The notes under the pieces are model-generated. The model was not told where the DNA came from and made no database searches. It saw nothing but the letters and a program-made list of their open reading frames with translations. The position numbers and the translations under genes were made by a program. A stretch of DNA of 62,479 nt from Candidatus Bathyarchaeota archaeon (GTDB lineage: Archaea > Thermoproteota > Bathyarchaeia > 40CM-2-53-6): NCBI GenBank assembly GCA_005882895.1, contig VBBD01000007.1:1-62479 (forward strand). The letters are read 5' to 3'. Shown here one piece after another: positions 18,442 through 26,859 of the stretch (position 1 is the stretch's first letter; each line of letters opens with the position of its first letter).

Positions 18442-20235
18442 ATGCGCTTGAAACTTCAGAACAAGCGACGCTTAGCTCTGACATTCGTCATTATCAGCTT
18501 TCTCTCACTATCTACAATAACCTTGGGACAGCCATACGGCCTTCTCAAAGCAACGGGAAGCAGTCTGGTCTCTCAACAACCCAGTTCCAGCTCTCCGATT
18601 ACAGAATTCCCTATACCTTACGCGAACCCCGGGCCGAATGCAATTGTCTCTGCCCCGAATCACATCTTCTGGTTCGTGGAATACAACACAGGCGAAATCG
18701 GCGAGTTCAACGAGACAGCAAAAACCTTCAGTCAAATTCCGATACTCGAGACAGGAGGGGCCATCCCGGCATCGTTGGCATTGGATGGTTTTGGCAGAAT
18801 CTGGTTTACTGATCAAAACAAGAATAATCCTAGTGTCTGGGTTCTCAATGCGTCCGCGTCTCCTGTAACGTTCCACCAATACTTGACGAACACGTCGAAT
18901 TCGACACCCGTCTTCGTCATCGTAGACAATAGCACCAACGACGTATGGTTCACTGACACAACCGCCAACAATATTGGAAAAATCGACCATCTGACAGGTC
19001 AAATTACAAAATTCACTCTTCCGACCTCGAACTCAGGCCCCGCTGAGCTTGCCCTCCAGAACGGTACGTCATACCTGTGGGTCACCGAAAGTTTTGCGAA
19101 CAAGGTTACCCGGTTTGATATGGCGTCTCACAATTTCCAGGAATTCACGCCCTCCGTCTCACTAGTTTCGCCGGTGGGGATCGCTGTCGACAAGAACGGG
19201 AACGTGTGGGTCTCGGAGCACGGTGCGAGTTCAATCGCGGAGTTGATCCCATCTAATTCGACCTTCAGAAAGTATCCGACCACCCAACCCTCAACCTACA
19301 AGACGACGGCTCCAGCAACAATCGCTATCGACAAGCAAGGCCGATTCTGGTTTGTCGAACACTTCGGAAACAGGGTCGGACGGCTAGACCCTGCGACCGG
19401 GATAATGGATGAGTTCGCTATTCCCACCTCGGGTCTTGCATACTCCCTCCGTAACGCACTGGACCCTAGTGGCAACTTCTGGTTCACAGAGTACACGGGG
19501 AACCAACTTGGAATGATCCCGTGGAACGCGACTTCCCCTATCGCTCCTAGCTCAATGCTAGCTCCTCTAACAATGAACGCCGGCCAAACAGTCACCTCGC
19601 AGATCTCCCTGTCAGGTACTACAGCGAGTTCCGTCACCGTCAACTTGAATGTCACAAGCACATTCACAACCTACGGCCAAACATCCGCGAGCGAGGTAGC
19701 GCTGTCAAACTACAGTCTCGTGCTCAACCCGAATCAAGCCAAGACTGTCACTCTCTCGATCACCCCGGATGGCAGCTTACCTTCCGGACTCTACACAGTG
19801 GGTATTGTCGCAACGGATGGGAAGACTTCGTCAGTTGGTGTTGTCTTTCTCCAAGTACACGGCACCTTCTCAATACTCAATCTTCTCCAAACCTACCTCC
19901 CGGCGATCCTAATCGCTGCCGCTTCGGTCTTGGTACTGACGAGCATCCTGATTAGAAGAGGGAGGGCAAGGTCGGCTCCGCTGGATTCGAACACTAAGCT
20001 TCCGCTCGGCACGATCATAGTCATCGGGACAATTCTAATCGTGCTTGCCGTACAAGCGATACCTCCTTCGACAGCCAAGTGTATAGGCCTTCCCCCGCCT
20101 CCACCGAACGGACAGCCAGCCGGGCCAGACTATATCGGGCTGGGCTTGGACATTGGATCTCTAGCCTTCTTTGTCGTGGTACTCTATTTGATACTAAAGA
20201 GCCGACGCAAGAACAAGCCTTCTAGTCCAGGGTAG
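18442..20235 (+). CDS. Secreted Vgb-like beta-propeller with multi-TM C-terminus
   Basis: Signal peptide; blades FWFVE/IWFTD/VWFTD/LWVTE/VWVSE/FWFVE/FWFTE; Ig-like region; three C-terminal hydrophobic segments. Confidence 0.8.
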   Translation: MRLKLQNKRRLALTFVIISFLSLSTITLGQPYGLLKATGSSLVSQQPSSSSPITEFPIPYANPGPNAIVSAPNHIFWFVEYNTGEIGEFNETAKTFSQIPILETGGAIPASLALDGFGRIWFTDQNKNNPSVWVLNASASPVTFHQYLTNTSNSTPVFVIVDNSTNDVWFTDTTANNIGKIDHLTGQITKFTLPTSNSGPAELALQNGTSYLWVTESFANKVTRFDMASHNFQEFTPSVSLVSPVGIAVDKNGNVWVSEHGASSIAELIPSNSTFRKYPTTQPSTYKTTAPATIAIDKQGRFWFVEHFGNRVGRLDPATGIMDEFAIPTSGLAYSLRNALDPSGNFWFTEYTGNQLGMIPWNATSPIAPSSMLAPLTMNAGQTVTSQISLSGTTASSVTVNLNVTSTFTTYGQTSASEVALSNYSLVLNPNQAKTVTLSITPDGSLPSGLYTVGIVATDGKTSSVGVVFLQVHGTFSILNLLQTYLPAILIAAASVLVLTSILIRRGRARSAPLDSNTKLPLGTIIVIGTILIVLAVQAIPPSTAKCIGLPPPPPNGQPAGPDYIGLGLDIGSLAFFVVVLYLILKSRRKNKPSSPG

Positions 20236-20240
20236 CCGCG

Positions 20241-21008
20241 CTAGAGTTTCGAGTACCAGATGTAACAGATTGTTCCCAGCAAGGCAAAGGCGAGTGAGGG
20301 TCCGGCTAGGATCAATATCGATCCTAGGGAATCGCCAGCTGGGACTTGTGCAAAAGAAATGGGCGACAGTTGCCGGAACGCCTGAATAGCCCAGGTCATG
20401 GGGTTTGACGCTACTATTGGGGCTAGGACACGAGGAAACACGCTCACTGGATAGAACAATGCGCTGAGGAAGGACAGGTAGAGCTGGATTGCGCTTCTGA
20501 CGGTGACCCACATTTCTATGCTCGAAGAGAACGCGGAGATAGCCATGGAAAGTCCGACTATTCCCAGCGAGAAGAGACCTACTATCAAATAGGCTACGAA
20601 AATCTTTTGAGTAAAAAGTATCCCATAGAGGTAGCATATGACAAGGGTCCCAGGGAAGGTCGCTATCACGCTTCTAACGACTCCGCCTAAGACCCTTGAG
20701 AAAGCGAGAATCGGCCTCTGCACCGGAAGGGTCAGAAGGTACGATGTTAGGTCTTTGATGTACTTCTCACGCCATACATCTCTGCCGGACTGGAATGCGG
20801 CAACCATCGCCGTTATGAGGTTCGATCCGGGCGCGATGAAGAGGAAGTAGTTCTCGCCTTGGCCGGTAACGAGTCGGCCGAAAGTCGCGGCTGTCACAAA
20901 GAGGTCGATCGCAAAGTTTGCGAACATTATCGCGACAAGAAACGCGTCGGAGAAGAGGATCCGAACGTCTCGCTCGATGATCAGCGGGATGAGTCGCGTA
21001 TTGCTCAA
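20241..21008 (-). CDS. ABC-2 type exporter permease
   Basis: YFLFIAPG, LSALFYPVSVFP, NPMTWAIQAFR. Confidence 0.88.
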   Translation of the reverse strand: MSNTRLIPLIIERDVRILFSDAFLVAIMFANFAIDLFVTAATFGRLVTGQGENYFLFIAPGSNLITAMVAAFQSGRDVWREKYIKDLTSYLLTLPVQRPILAFSRVLGGVVRSVIATFPGTLVICYLYGILFTQKIFVAYLIVGLFSLGIVGLSMAISAFSSSIEMWVTVRSAIQLYLSFLSALFYPVSVFPRVLAPIVASNPMTWAIQAFRQLSPISFAQVPAGDSLGSILILAGPSLAFALLGTICYIWYSKL

Positions 21009-21817
21009 CCGTAGATTCCTCCTTCCAGACGGCGGAAATAGAACGCGGCGCCCAACCCAAGGAAGATTACGACGAACGCTACCAGCCCCGCGATCGCGGG
21101 AATGTCCAGAGTGAACCCGACAAGAGAATTACGCGCAGTGTCAGCGGCAAACGAAACCGGCGAGAAAGGGGCGAACAACGAGACATAGAACGGCATGAAA
21201 GCGATTGGGTAGAGAGCCGTGCTTCCCCTCGACACTGCGAGCTCAAGGAGGGCAAGAACCACGTCAAATCTGTTAGCGCTCTTCACGCTCACGGCCACGG
21301 TTATCGACATGCCAGTAACGCCGAAGGCCAGGAGGAAGAGCGATACGAGAGCTGTTAGGATCGAGAGCGGTTGGTTGAACCCCCAAACGAAGGCGACGAT
21401 GACAAACATTGGTATGGTGTAGATTATGGCTCTCATCGCTCCGCCGAGCGCTCTTCCAATGATGAACTGCCGTCTTGCGATTGGAAGCGTTAGCAGATAA
21501 TCGAGTACTCCCTCTTCCGCTTCTTCGAAGATGTCGTAGCCGATGACAAACGAGATGGAAGCGATCGTCGCTACTACGCTCCCAACGGCGTAGTACTCGA
21601 AGAAATTGAGCCCCGGAATATGGATGAGTCCGCTAATGAGGAACGCAAAGACAAAGAGCTGTATGATGAAGGCCAGACTTCGGGTTATGATGATCCAAGG
21701 GGTCCTGAAGAGGACCGATACATCTCTGAGAGCCATCTGAAGGATGAGATGCGTGGGTGATTCTGCGGCTATGGTTGTCTTACTCGAGCCGTTGGCCGGT
21801 GTATGTGAGGAAGACAT
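21005..21817 (-). CDS. ABC-2 type exporter permease
   Basis: EAEEGVLDYLLTLPI, STALYPIAFMP, PVSFAADTAR; start uncertain. Confidence 0.85.
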   Translation of the reverse strand: MSSSHTPANGSSKTTIAAESPTHLILQMALRDVSVLFRTPWIIITRSLAFIIQLFVFAFLISGLIHIPGLNFFEYYAVGSVVATIASISFVIGYDIFEEAEEGVLDYLLTLPIARRQFIIGRALGGAMRAIIYTIPMFVIVAFVWGFNQPLSILTALVSLFLLAFGVTGMSITVAVSVKSANRFDVVLALLELAVSRGSTALYPIAFMPFYVSLFAPFSPVSFAADTARNSLVGFTLDIPAIAGLVAFVVIFLGLGAAFYFRRLEGGIYG

Positions 21818-22715
21818 CTTCCAGACTGACCTCCTTCAGTTTGACGCTTTCGATCTTGAACCCTTGAGTGCTCAGGGTGTCGACTATCTTTGGAAGAAGA
21901 AGTGTGCCTGAGTTAAGGAAGACCAGGATCCTGTTGTCCTGTTTCTTGACATCATGTACCTCTGGGAACTTGGTCAACATGTCGGGTCTGAATTCGGATC
22001 CATCGTTCAGTGTAAGCTCTAACACTTCTCCGCCCTTTACGGTTCCCTTCAACTGTTCCGGGGTTTCACTGGCAACCAGCTTGCCCTTGTTGACTATCGC
22101 AACTCTCTCGGAGAGACGCTCAGCCTCGTCCATCATGTTCGTGGCTACAATGACGGTCGAGCCCTCGTCCCTCAGTTGGCGTATCATCTTCCAGACCAAC
22201 AATCTGCTCGGGACGTCGAGGAAGGCGGTAGGTTCGTCGAAGACCGCTATGCTCGGCCGCTGAACCAGTATCTTCGCATCCTCCACTTTCTTCTTCATAC
22301 CTCCACTCATCAGCCAGGTCCGCTTCTTACGTGCCTCCCAAAGGTCGAGAGCTTTCAGGACGTCTTCCACGCGACGTCGGCGCTCGTCTTTGTCAAAGGT
22401 CGTGGTCATCTTGAGGTGCCAGTTCAACACCTCGAACCCACTCAGGATTCCGTCCACCCGTGGATCCTGGAAAGCGATTCCGATAAGTCTCCTAACCTCG
22501 TTAGGCTGCTTCACAACATCAAAACCGTTGACTGTTATCGTCCCGCTCGTGGGGCGATAGACCGTTCCCATCATAAGCATCAGAGTGGTCTTTCCAGCAC
22601 CGTTCGGACCGAGAAGCCCTAGAATCTCTCCATCCTTGATTGTAATGGAGAAGTCTTTGACAGCGTCAAGATCGCCAAATCGTTTTCCAGTTCTCTCAAA
22701 CGTTATCATTGACAA
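21780..22715 (-). CDS. ABC exporter ATP-binding protein (DrrA/NodI-like)
   Basis: GPNGAGKTT, MSGGMKKK, VFDEPT, SLEDVFL. Confidence 0.93.
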   Translation of the reverse strand: MSMITFERTGKRFGDLDAVKDFSITIKDGEILGLLGPNGAGKTTLMLMMGTVYRPTSGTITVNGFDVVKQPNEVRRLIGIAFQDPRVDGILSGFEVLNWHLKMTTTFDKDERRRRVEDVLKALDLWEARKKRTWLMSGGMKKKVEDAKILVQRPSIAVFDEPTAFLDVPSRLLVWKMIRQLRDEGSTVIVATNMMDEAERLSERVAIVNKGKLVASETPEQLKGTVKGGEVLELTLNDGSEFRPDMLTKFPEVHDVKKQDNRILVFLNSGTLLLPKIVDTLSTQGFKIESVKLKEVSLEDVFLTYTGQRLE

Positions 22716-22847
22716 TTAATCCTGGATTGTGAGATCGCAGGGAACACCTGTATGCAGTTCGCTCAGCGAATCGGAGCGAAGCCGGATAAAAACCCGCGAC
22801 CCGTCTACGCACGCTTTTGAAGAGGCCCAGAGCAAGGCCCTTCCAAG

Positions 22848-23420
22848 ATGGACTTCGCGAGAACGGTTCTAACCCGTAAAATGATCCGAGCCTTCAAACC
22901 AGACCCCGTGCCCAAAGACAAGATAGAGCGGATTCTCTCCATCGCCCAACACTATCCCAGTGCCGGATACAGCCAGGAGGTCGCGTTCATCGTCGTCACC
23001 GACAAAGAGAGACGAAAGAGGATAAGGGAGCTAAGGGATCTGAGAAGCGACGCCCCTGTCCTATTGATACCATGCGTCAGCGAGAAGGTGGTCCATGATC
23101 GCTATCATGAACCTGACAAGATCCGCTCGGGAGGAAGAGAAATCGACTGGCCTGTCCCGTTCTGGTACTTCGACGTCGGATGCAGTTGTATGCTAGTATT
23201 CCTGGCAGCCGTAAACGAGGGGCTTGCAGCGTCTTTCGCCGGCAGCGTTGGAATCTTCAAACCTGGAATTCTGAGAAAGGAGCTTGGGATTCCAGAGCAT
23301 TATGAGCCTGTCGGTGTTCTATCGCTGGGTTACCCAGATCATACTAGTGACGTTCCTTCGCCATCGCTGAAACGTGGAAGGCGACCCTTCAGGGATTTTG
23401 TCCACGACGACAAGTGGTGA
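22848..23420 (+). CDS. Nitroreductase family protein
   Basis: RKMIRAF, YPSAGYSQ, LAAVNEGL, LSLGYP. Confidence 0.9.
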   Translation: MDFARTVLTRKMIRAFKPDPVPKDKIERILSIAQHYPSAGYSQEVAFIVVTDKERRKRIRELRDLRSDAPVLLIPCVSEKVVHDRYHEPDKIRSGGREIDWPVPFWYFDVGCSCMLVFLAAVNEGLAASFAGSVGIFKPGILRKELGIPEHYEPVGVLSLGYPDHTSDVPSPSLKRGRRPFRDFVHDDKW

Positions 23421-23463
23421 TTGCAGAACTCAAGTGTCGACGCGAACCGATACTTTGCGTCGA

Positions 23464-23952
23464 CTAATTTACGTCTAGTTCTGCTTTTTCGAAGACATAG
23501 ATCGTCGTAAAGATGGGTTCATAGATTTGGAATTTACCTGTTGTTGTCGCCTGGAACCTGACTGACTTGGTCTCGCCAATGTGAGCAATTATTCCGTTAG
23601 GCGTGTAAAACTGAACAGCTAACCCGTGGGCTTGTGTAGAATCATTGTTGATGATGCGCAAGACAACGACCTCCCCTTTCTGAACACTCATGACAGGAAG
23701 TGATTGATGAACACTGTCGTTGTATCCGATTGAACCAGCCACGATTGTGAAACAATGAGTGTTCCCGGCAGTGACGCACGGTGTGATGGCGGTTGAAGGA
23801 ATATAGATTACAAAGAAGTAGGTCGCGACGGACGATACGACCATTATGATCACAACTATGATCGCCACTATGTTAGCAAGGGTACTCTTGTCAAGTCGAA
23901 GCGTAAATGTTTGCCTCTGAGATGCATCTGCCCGAGTTTGCAGATCCGCCAA
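23464..23952 (-). CDS. Cupredoxin-like paralog, copy 3, C-terminal metal ligands lost
   Basis: TM; NNDSTQAHGL; ligand loop reads GKFQIYEPIFTTIYVFE; start may be CTG 23943. Confidence 0.72.
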   Translation of the reverse strand: MADLQTRADASQRQTFTLRLDKSTLANIVAIIVVIIMVVSSVATYFFVIYIPSTAITPCVTAGNTHCFTIVAGSIGYNDSVHQSLPVMSVQKGEVVVLRIINNDSTQAHGLAVQFYTPNGIIAHIGETKSVRFQATTTGKFQIYEPIFTTIYVFEKAELDVN

Positions 23953-23978
23953 GGGGTAGTTACGATTTAAGAGCTATG

Positions 23979-23993
23979 GCTCAACATGCGAAC
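23979..23993 (-). promoter_or_regulatory. Conserved motif GTTCG-N5-TGAGC abutting BRE/TATA-like elements of cupredoxin-3
   Basis: Minus strand GTTCG CATGT TGAGC CATAGCT CTTAAATC. Confidence 0.65.
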
Positions 23994-24073
23994 CGTTCTT
24001 GACAAATCTTCTGGGTCGCATTGCAGCTGGCACGCTTATGCTCAATCAGAATTGCGAGCATCCCTTCGACAGG

Positions 24074-24826
24074 TTAGGATTGGAGCAGTGAGTCCACGGA
24101 CCGATTAAGGTTAGTGTTTCGCAAATCGTAGTATAGTCTTCTGTTCGTTTTTCCTTTGTTCTCCAGCTTCAGCAGTTGGATCTGTCCGATCTCTTTGAGA
24201 TGGGACACGTGTAGTCCTCCGTCGGCTTGTCGGTCTATGCCTTCGATTTCGACGATTCTAAGCTGGGCTTCAGCTGGTGGTGCGGCTTCTGCAAGTTTCA
24301 CCATGTCCGGGAGCTTGAGGGCTTCTTCCCGTTTCAAAAAGTACGTTTTGATCGGCGCATCTTTTCTGATCAATTCATTCGCTTCTGCAACGTATCCTTC
24401 GATCTGGGTCCGGTCGAACGATTCCAAGTTGAAGTCCATTCTAGACCGGTCCACGTCGATCTGATTCCCTGTTATTCGGCAGTTGGCCCTCGAATAGAAC
24501 AGGGAGCTGAGAAGGTGGCCGGCCGTATGCATCTTCATCAGTGTATGTCGTCTTTCCCAATCGACCTGTCCCGTCACTTTGTCTCCGACCTTCAAAGATG
24601 CGGGGGATTCCAGCGTGTGAAGTATGTTGTCGTCAGCTTTTGTCGTCTCTTGGACCTTTGACGCGTTTAGGGTCCCGGTGTCGCAAGCTACACCGCCACC
24701 TCGTGGGTAGAAGAGTGTCTGGTCCAGAACAACCCCCTGCCCCTCGACCGAAACTACCTTCCCGATGAAGTCATTGGAATACGGCTCTTCCCAGTATAGC
24801 TTCCTCGTAATGGATAATCTCCCCAA
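24074..24826 (-). CDS. alaXM: Alanyl-tRNA editing protein AlaX-M
   Basis: LDQTLFYPRGGG, MKMHTAGHLLS, DRQADGGLHV, KGKTNRRL; start TTG 24826 or ATT 24811. Confidence 0.9.
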   Translation of the reverse strand: MGRLSITRKLYWEEPYSNDFIGKVVSVEGQGVVLDQTLFYPRGGGVACDTGTLNASKVQETTKADDNILHTLESPASLKVGDKVTGQVDWERRHTLMKMHTAGHLLSSLFYSRANCRITGNQIDVDRSRMDFNLESFDRTQIEGYVAEANELIRKDAPIKTYFLKREEALKLPDMVKLAEAAPPAEAQLRIVEIEGIDRQADGGLHVSHLKEIGQIQLLKLENKGKTNRRLYYDLRNTNLNRSVDSLLQS

Positions 24827-24830
24827 ACTA

Positions 24831-25658
24831 CTATCGTACAACAGATGGCCTTACGATTACTGCCTCTTTCGTACTCTTCGACTGGTTGTATACTTCCTGG
24901 GCTTCCCTTACAGTCGCGCCTCCGTGCACTATCTCTCGAATTGCTCTGATCATTGGCACCGGGTGATCGGACTGCCAGATGTTCCGACCCATGTCAACTC
25001 CTACGGCTCCCTCTTGAATCGCGTCGTAGGCGAGTTGAAACGCGTCCAGCTCTGTCTCCAGCTTGGGTCCTCCAGCGACAACCAAAGGCACTGGACAGCC
25101 CTTGACAACTTTTCCAAAATCCTCGCAATAGTAGGTCTTGACAAAATGGGCACCCAGCTCTGCGGCGATTCTACAAGCCAGTGCAAGATAGCGCGCGTCT
25201 CGTTTCTCCAGCTCCTTGCCCACCGCCGTAACGGCGAGAACCGGAATACCATGTTCCTCGCCCTCATTCACAAGCCTGCCAAGGTTCGTCAAGGTCTGAT
25301 GCTCGTGAGCAGACCCCACAAAGATCGAAAGGGCCATCGCCGCAACGTTCAGCCGAACAGCATCGCTCACAGAGGTTGTGATAGCTTCGTTAGTCAGAGA
25401 ATCCCCAATAATGCTAGCTCCACCTGAAACCCGGAGCAAAATAGGCACGTTGGATCTCGGGTCAATAGATGTCCGGAGTACTCCACGGGTGCACATTATC
25501 CCGTCCGAGTACGCGAGGAGAGGCTCGATCGTTTTCCGAGGCTCTTCCAGCTTGTGCGTGGGACCCATGAAGTAGCCATGGTCCACCGCAAGCATTACAG
25601 TTCTTCCCGTTTCAGGTTTGATTATTCTTGAAAGCCGGTTTTTCATTCCCCAGTCCAC
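24831..25658 (-). CDS. lsrF: Class I aldolase of the LsrF/DhnA family
   Basis: MDWGMKNRLSRII, MLAVDHGYFMGPT, ELGAHFVKTYYC, AGGPK, GVDMGRNIWQ. Confidence 0.85.
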   Translation of the reverse strand: MDWGMKNRLSRIIKPETGRTVMLAVDHGYFMGPTHKLEEPRKTIEPLLAYSDGIMCTRGVLRTSIDPRSNVPILLRVSGGASIIGDSLTNEAITTSVSDAVRLNVAAMALSIFVGSAHEHQTLTNLGRLVNEGEEHGIPVLAVTAVGKELEKRDARYLALACRIAAELGAHFVKTYYCEDFGKVVKGCPVPLVVAGGPKLETELDAFQLAYDAIQEGAVGVDMGRNIWQSDHPVPMIRAIREIVHGGATVREAQEVYNQSKSTKEAVIVRPSVVR

Positions 25659-25897
25659 GATACGTCAGCTCAAACGGTGTTGGGACAACAATAGAATATT
25701 ACAGTTTCTCCCCGGAGGCGTCTGAGATTCCGATCTCGACAGCAGTCTCGGAATGGCTGTGAAATCCTCAAGGAATAATCTTCGAGCAGAGTCAAGAACT
25801 CGATACCTCAAGCGATGGCCGCGAGCTACTAAATCCCTATATCACAACGGGGCTGCGCATCTCGTCAACGAACAGGCTGCTTGCAAGAGGCTTGTAG

Positions 25898-26731
25898 ATG
25901 ATTCGACAAGGCTGGCCATACTTCGACGGATGGCCCTTCCCAGAAAGATGGGTTCACTTAGATGGGCTCGCAATCCACTACGTGGACGAGGGCTCCGGTG
26001 CTCGTCCAGTTGTGATGGTTCACGGCAACCCAGCTTGGTCCTATATGTGGAGGCGCCTCGTCCCAGCGATTACCGGCTCCGGTCATCGAGCTCTCGCATT
26101 TGATTTAATGGGCTTCGGAAAGTCAGACAAGCCAAACCCAGACCTCCATGATTTTCCGCATCACGCAAGGATAGTATCTGGTTACATCGAATCTCTAGGG
26201 CTCAGGAACCTGATCCTGATACTGCACGACTGGGGAGGACCCCTAGCCATGCAGTATGTGATACGACACCCGCAAAACGTCGCCGGCCTAGTTATCATGA
26301 ACACTTTCCTCACACCGGACTATCGTCTTCCTCCTCAAGTAGCCGCAAAAATAACTCCCGCGATTATCAAGGAATCATCCCTGCATCCAGAGAACATCCC
26401 AGAGAGTGCGATGGAGGCCTACTGGGCACCTTTCCCCGATGACGAAGCGAAGAAGGCCTATCAAGCCTTCCCCAGAATGTTCCCAGATTCCCCAACACAC
26501 CCTAGCTTCAAACCAATGAAGGAGATAGAGCAGGGTCTCTCTCGGCTGAAGGTTCCAACGCTAATGATCTGGGGAACAGGAAAATCGCCGCCGACGTATG
26601 CTGAGAGAATATCCAAGATGATTCCAAACGCAAAGTTGACCCAGGTGAAGGCAGGCCACTTCGTCCCGGAGGACGCACCGGACGAAGTCGAGAAGCTCAT
26701 CCTAGGCTTCTTCTCCGATAACCTCCTCTAA
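25898..26731 (+). CDS. Alpha/beta hydrolase, haloalkane dehalogenase-like
   Basis: HGNPAWSYMWR, DLMGFGKSDKP, HDWGG, GHFVPED. Confidence 0.85.
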   Translation: MIRQGWPYFDGWPFPERWVHLDGLAIHYVDEGSGARPVVMVHGNPAWSYMWRRLVPAITGSGHRALAFDLMGFGKSDKPNPDLHDFPHHARIVSGYIESLGLRNLILILHDWGGPLAMQYVIRHPQNVAGLVIMNTFLTPDYRLPPQVAAKITPAIIKESSLHPENIPESAMEAYWAPFPDDEAKKAYQAFPRMFPDSPTHPSFKPMKEIEQGLSRLKVPTLMIWGTGKSPPTYAERISKMIPNAKLTQVKAGHFVPEDAPDEVEKLILGFFSDNLL

Positions 26732-26859
26732 CAACCTAATTGAACGTCTCGACAGAGATTGCTTCCAGATTGCAAACCTACTGCCAACCTAGTAACCTCC
26801 ATCTCGTAGCCGAGAAATAAGTTAAAAGGTTCAACATAGTCACCGGTCGTCGATCCAAG

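Noticed and set aside
11478-20235. Calling the propellers true virginiamycin B lyases (resistance genes)
   Set aside because: Signal peptides, membrane anchors and the metal-gene context do not fit cytoplasmic Vgb; only the fold is shared
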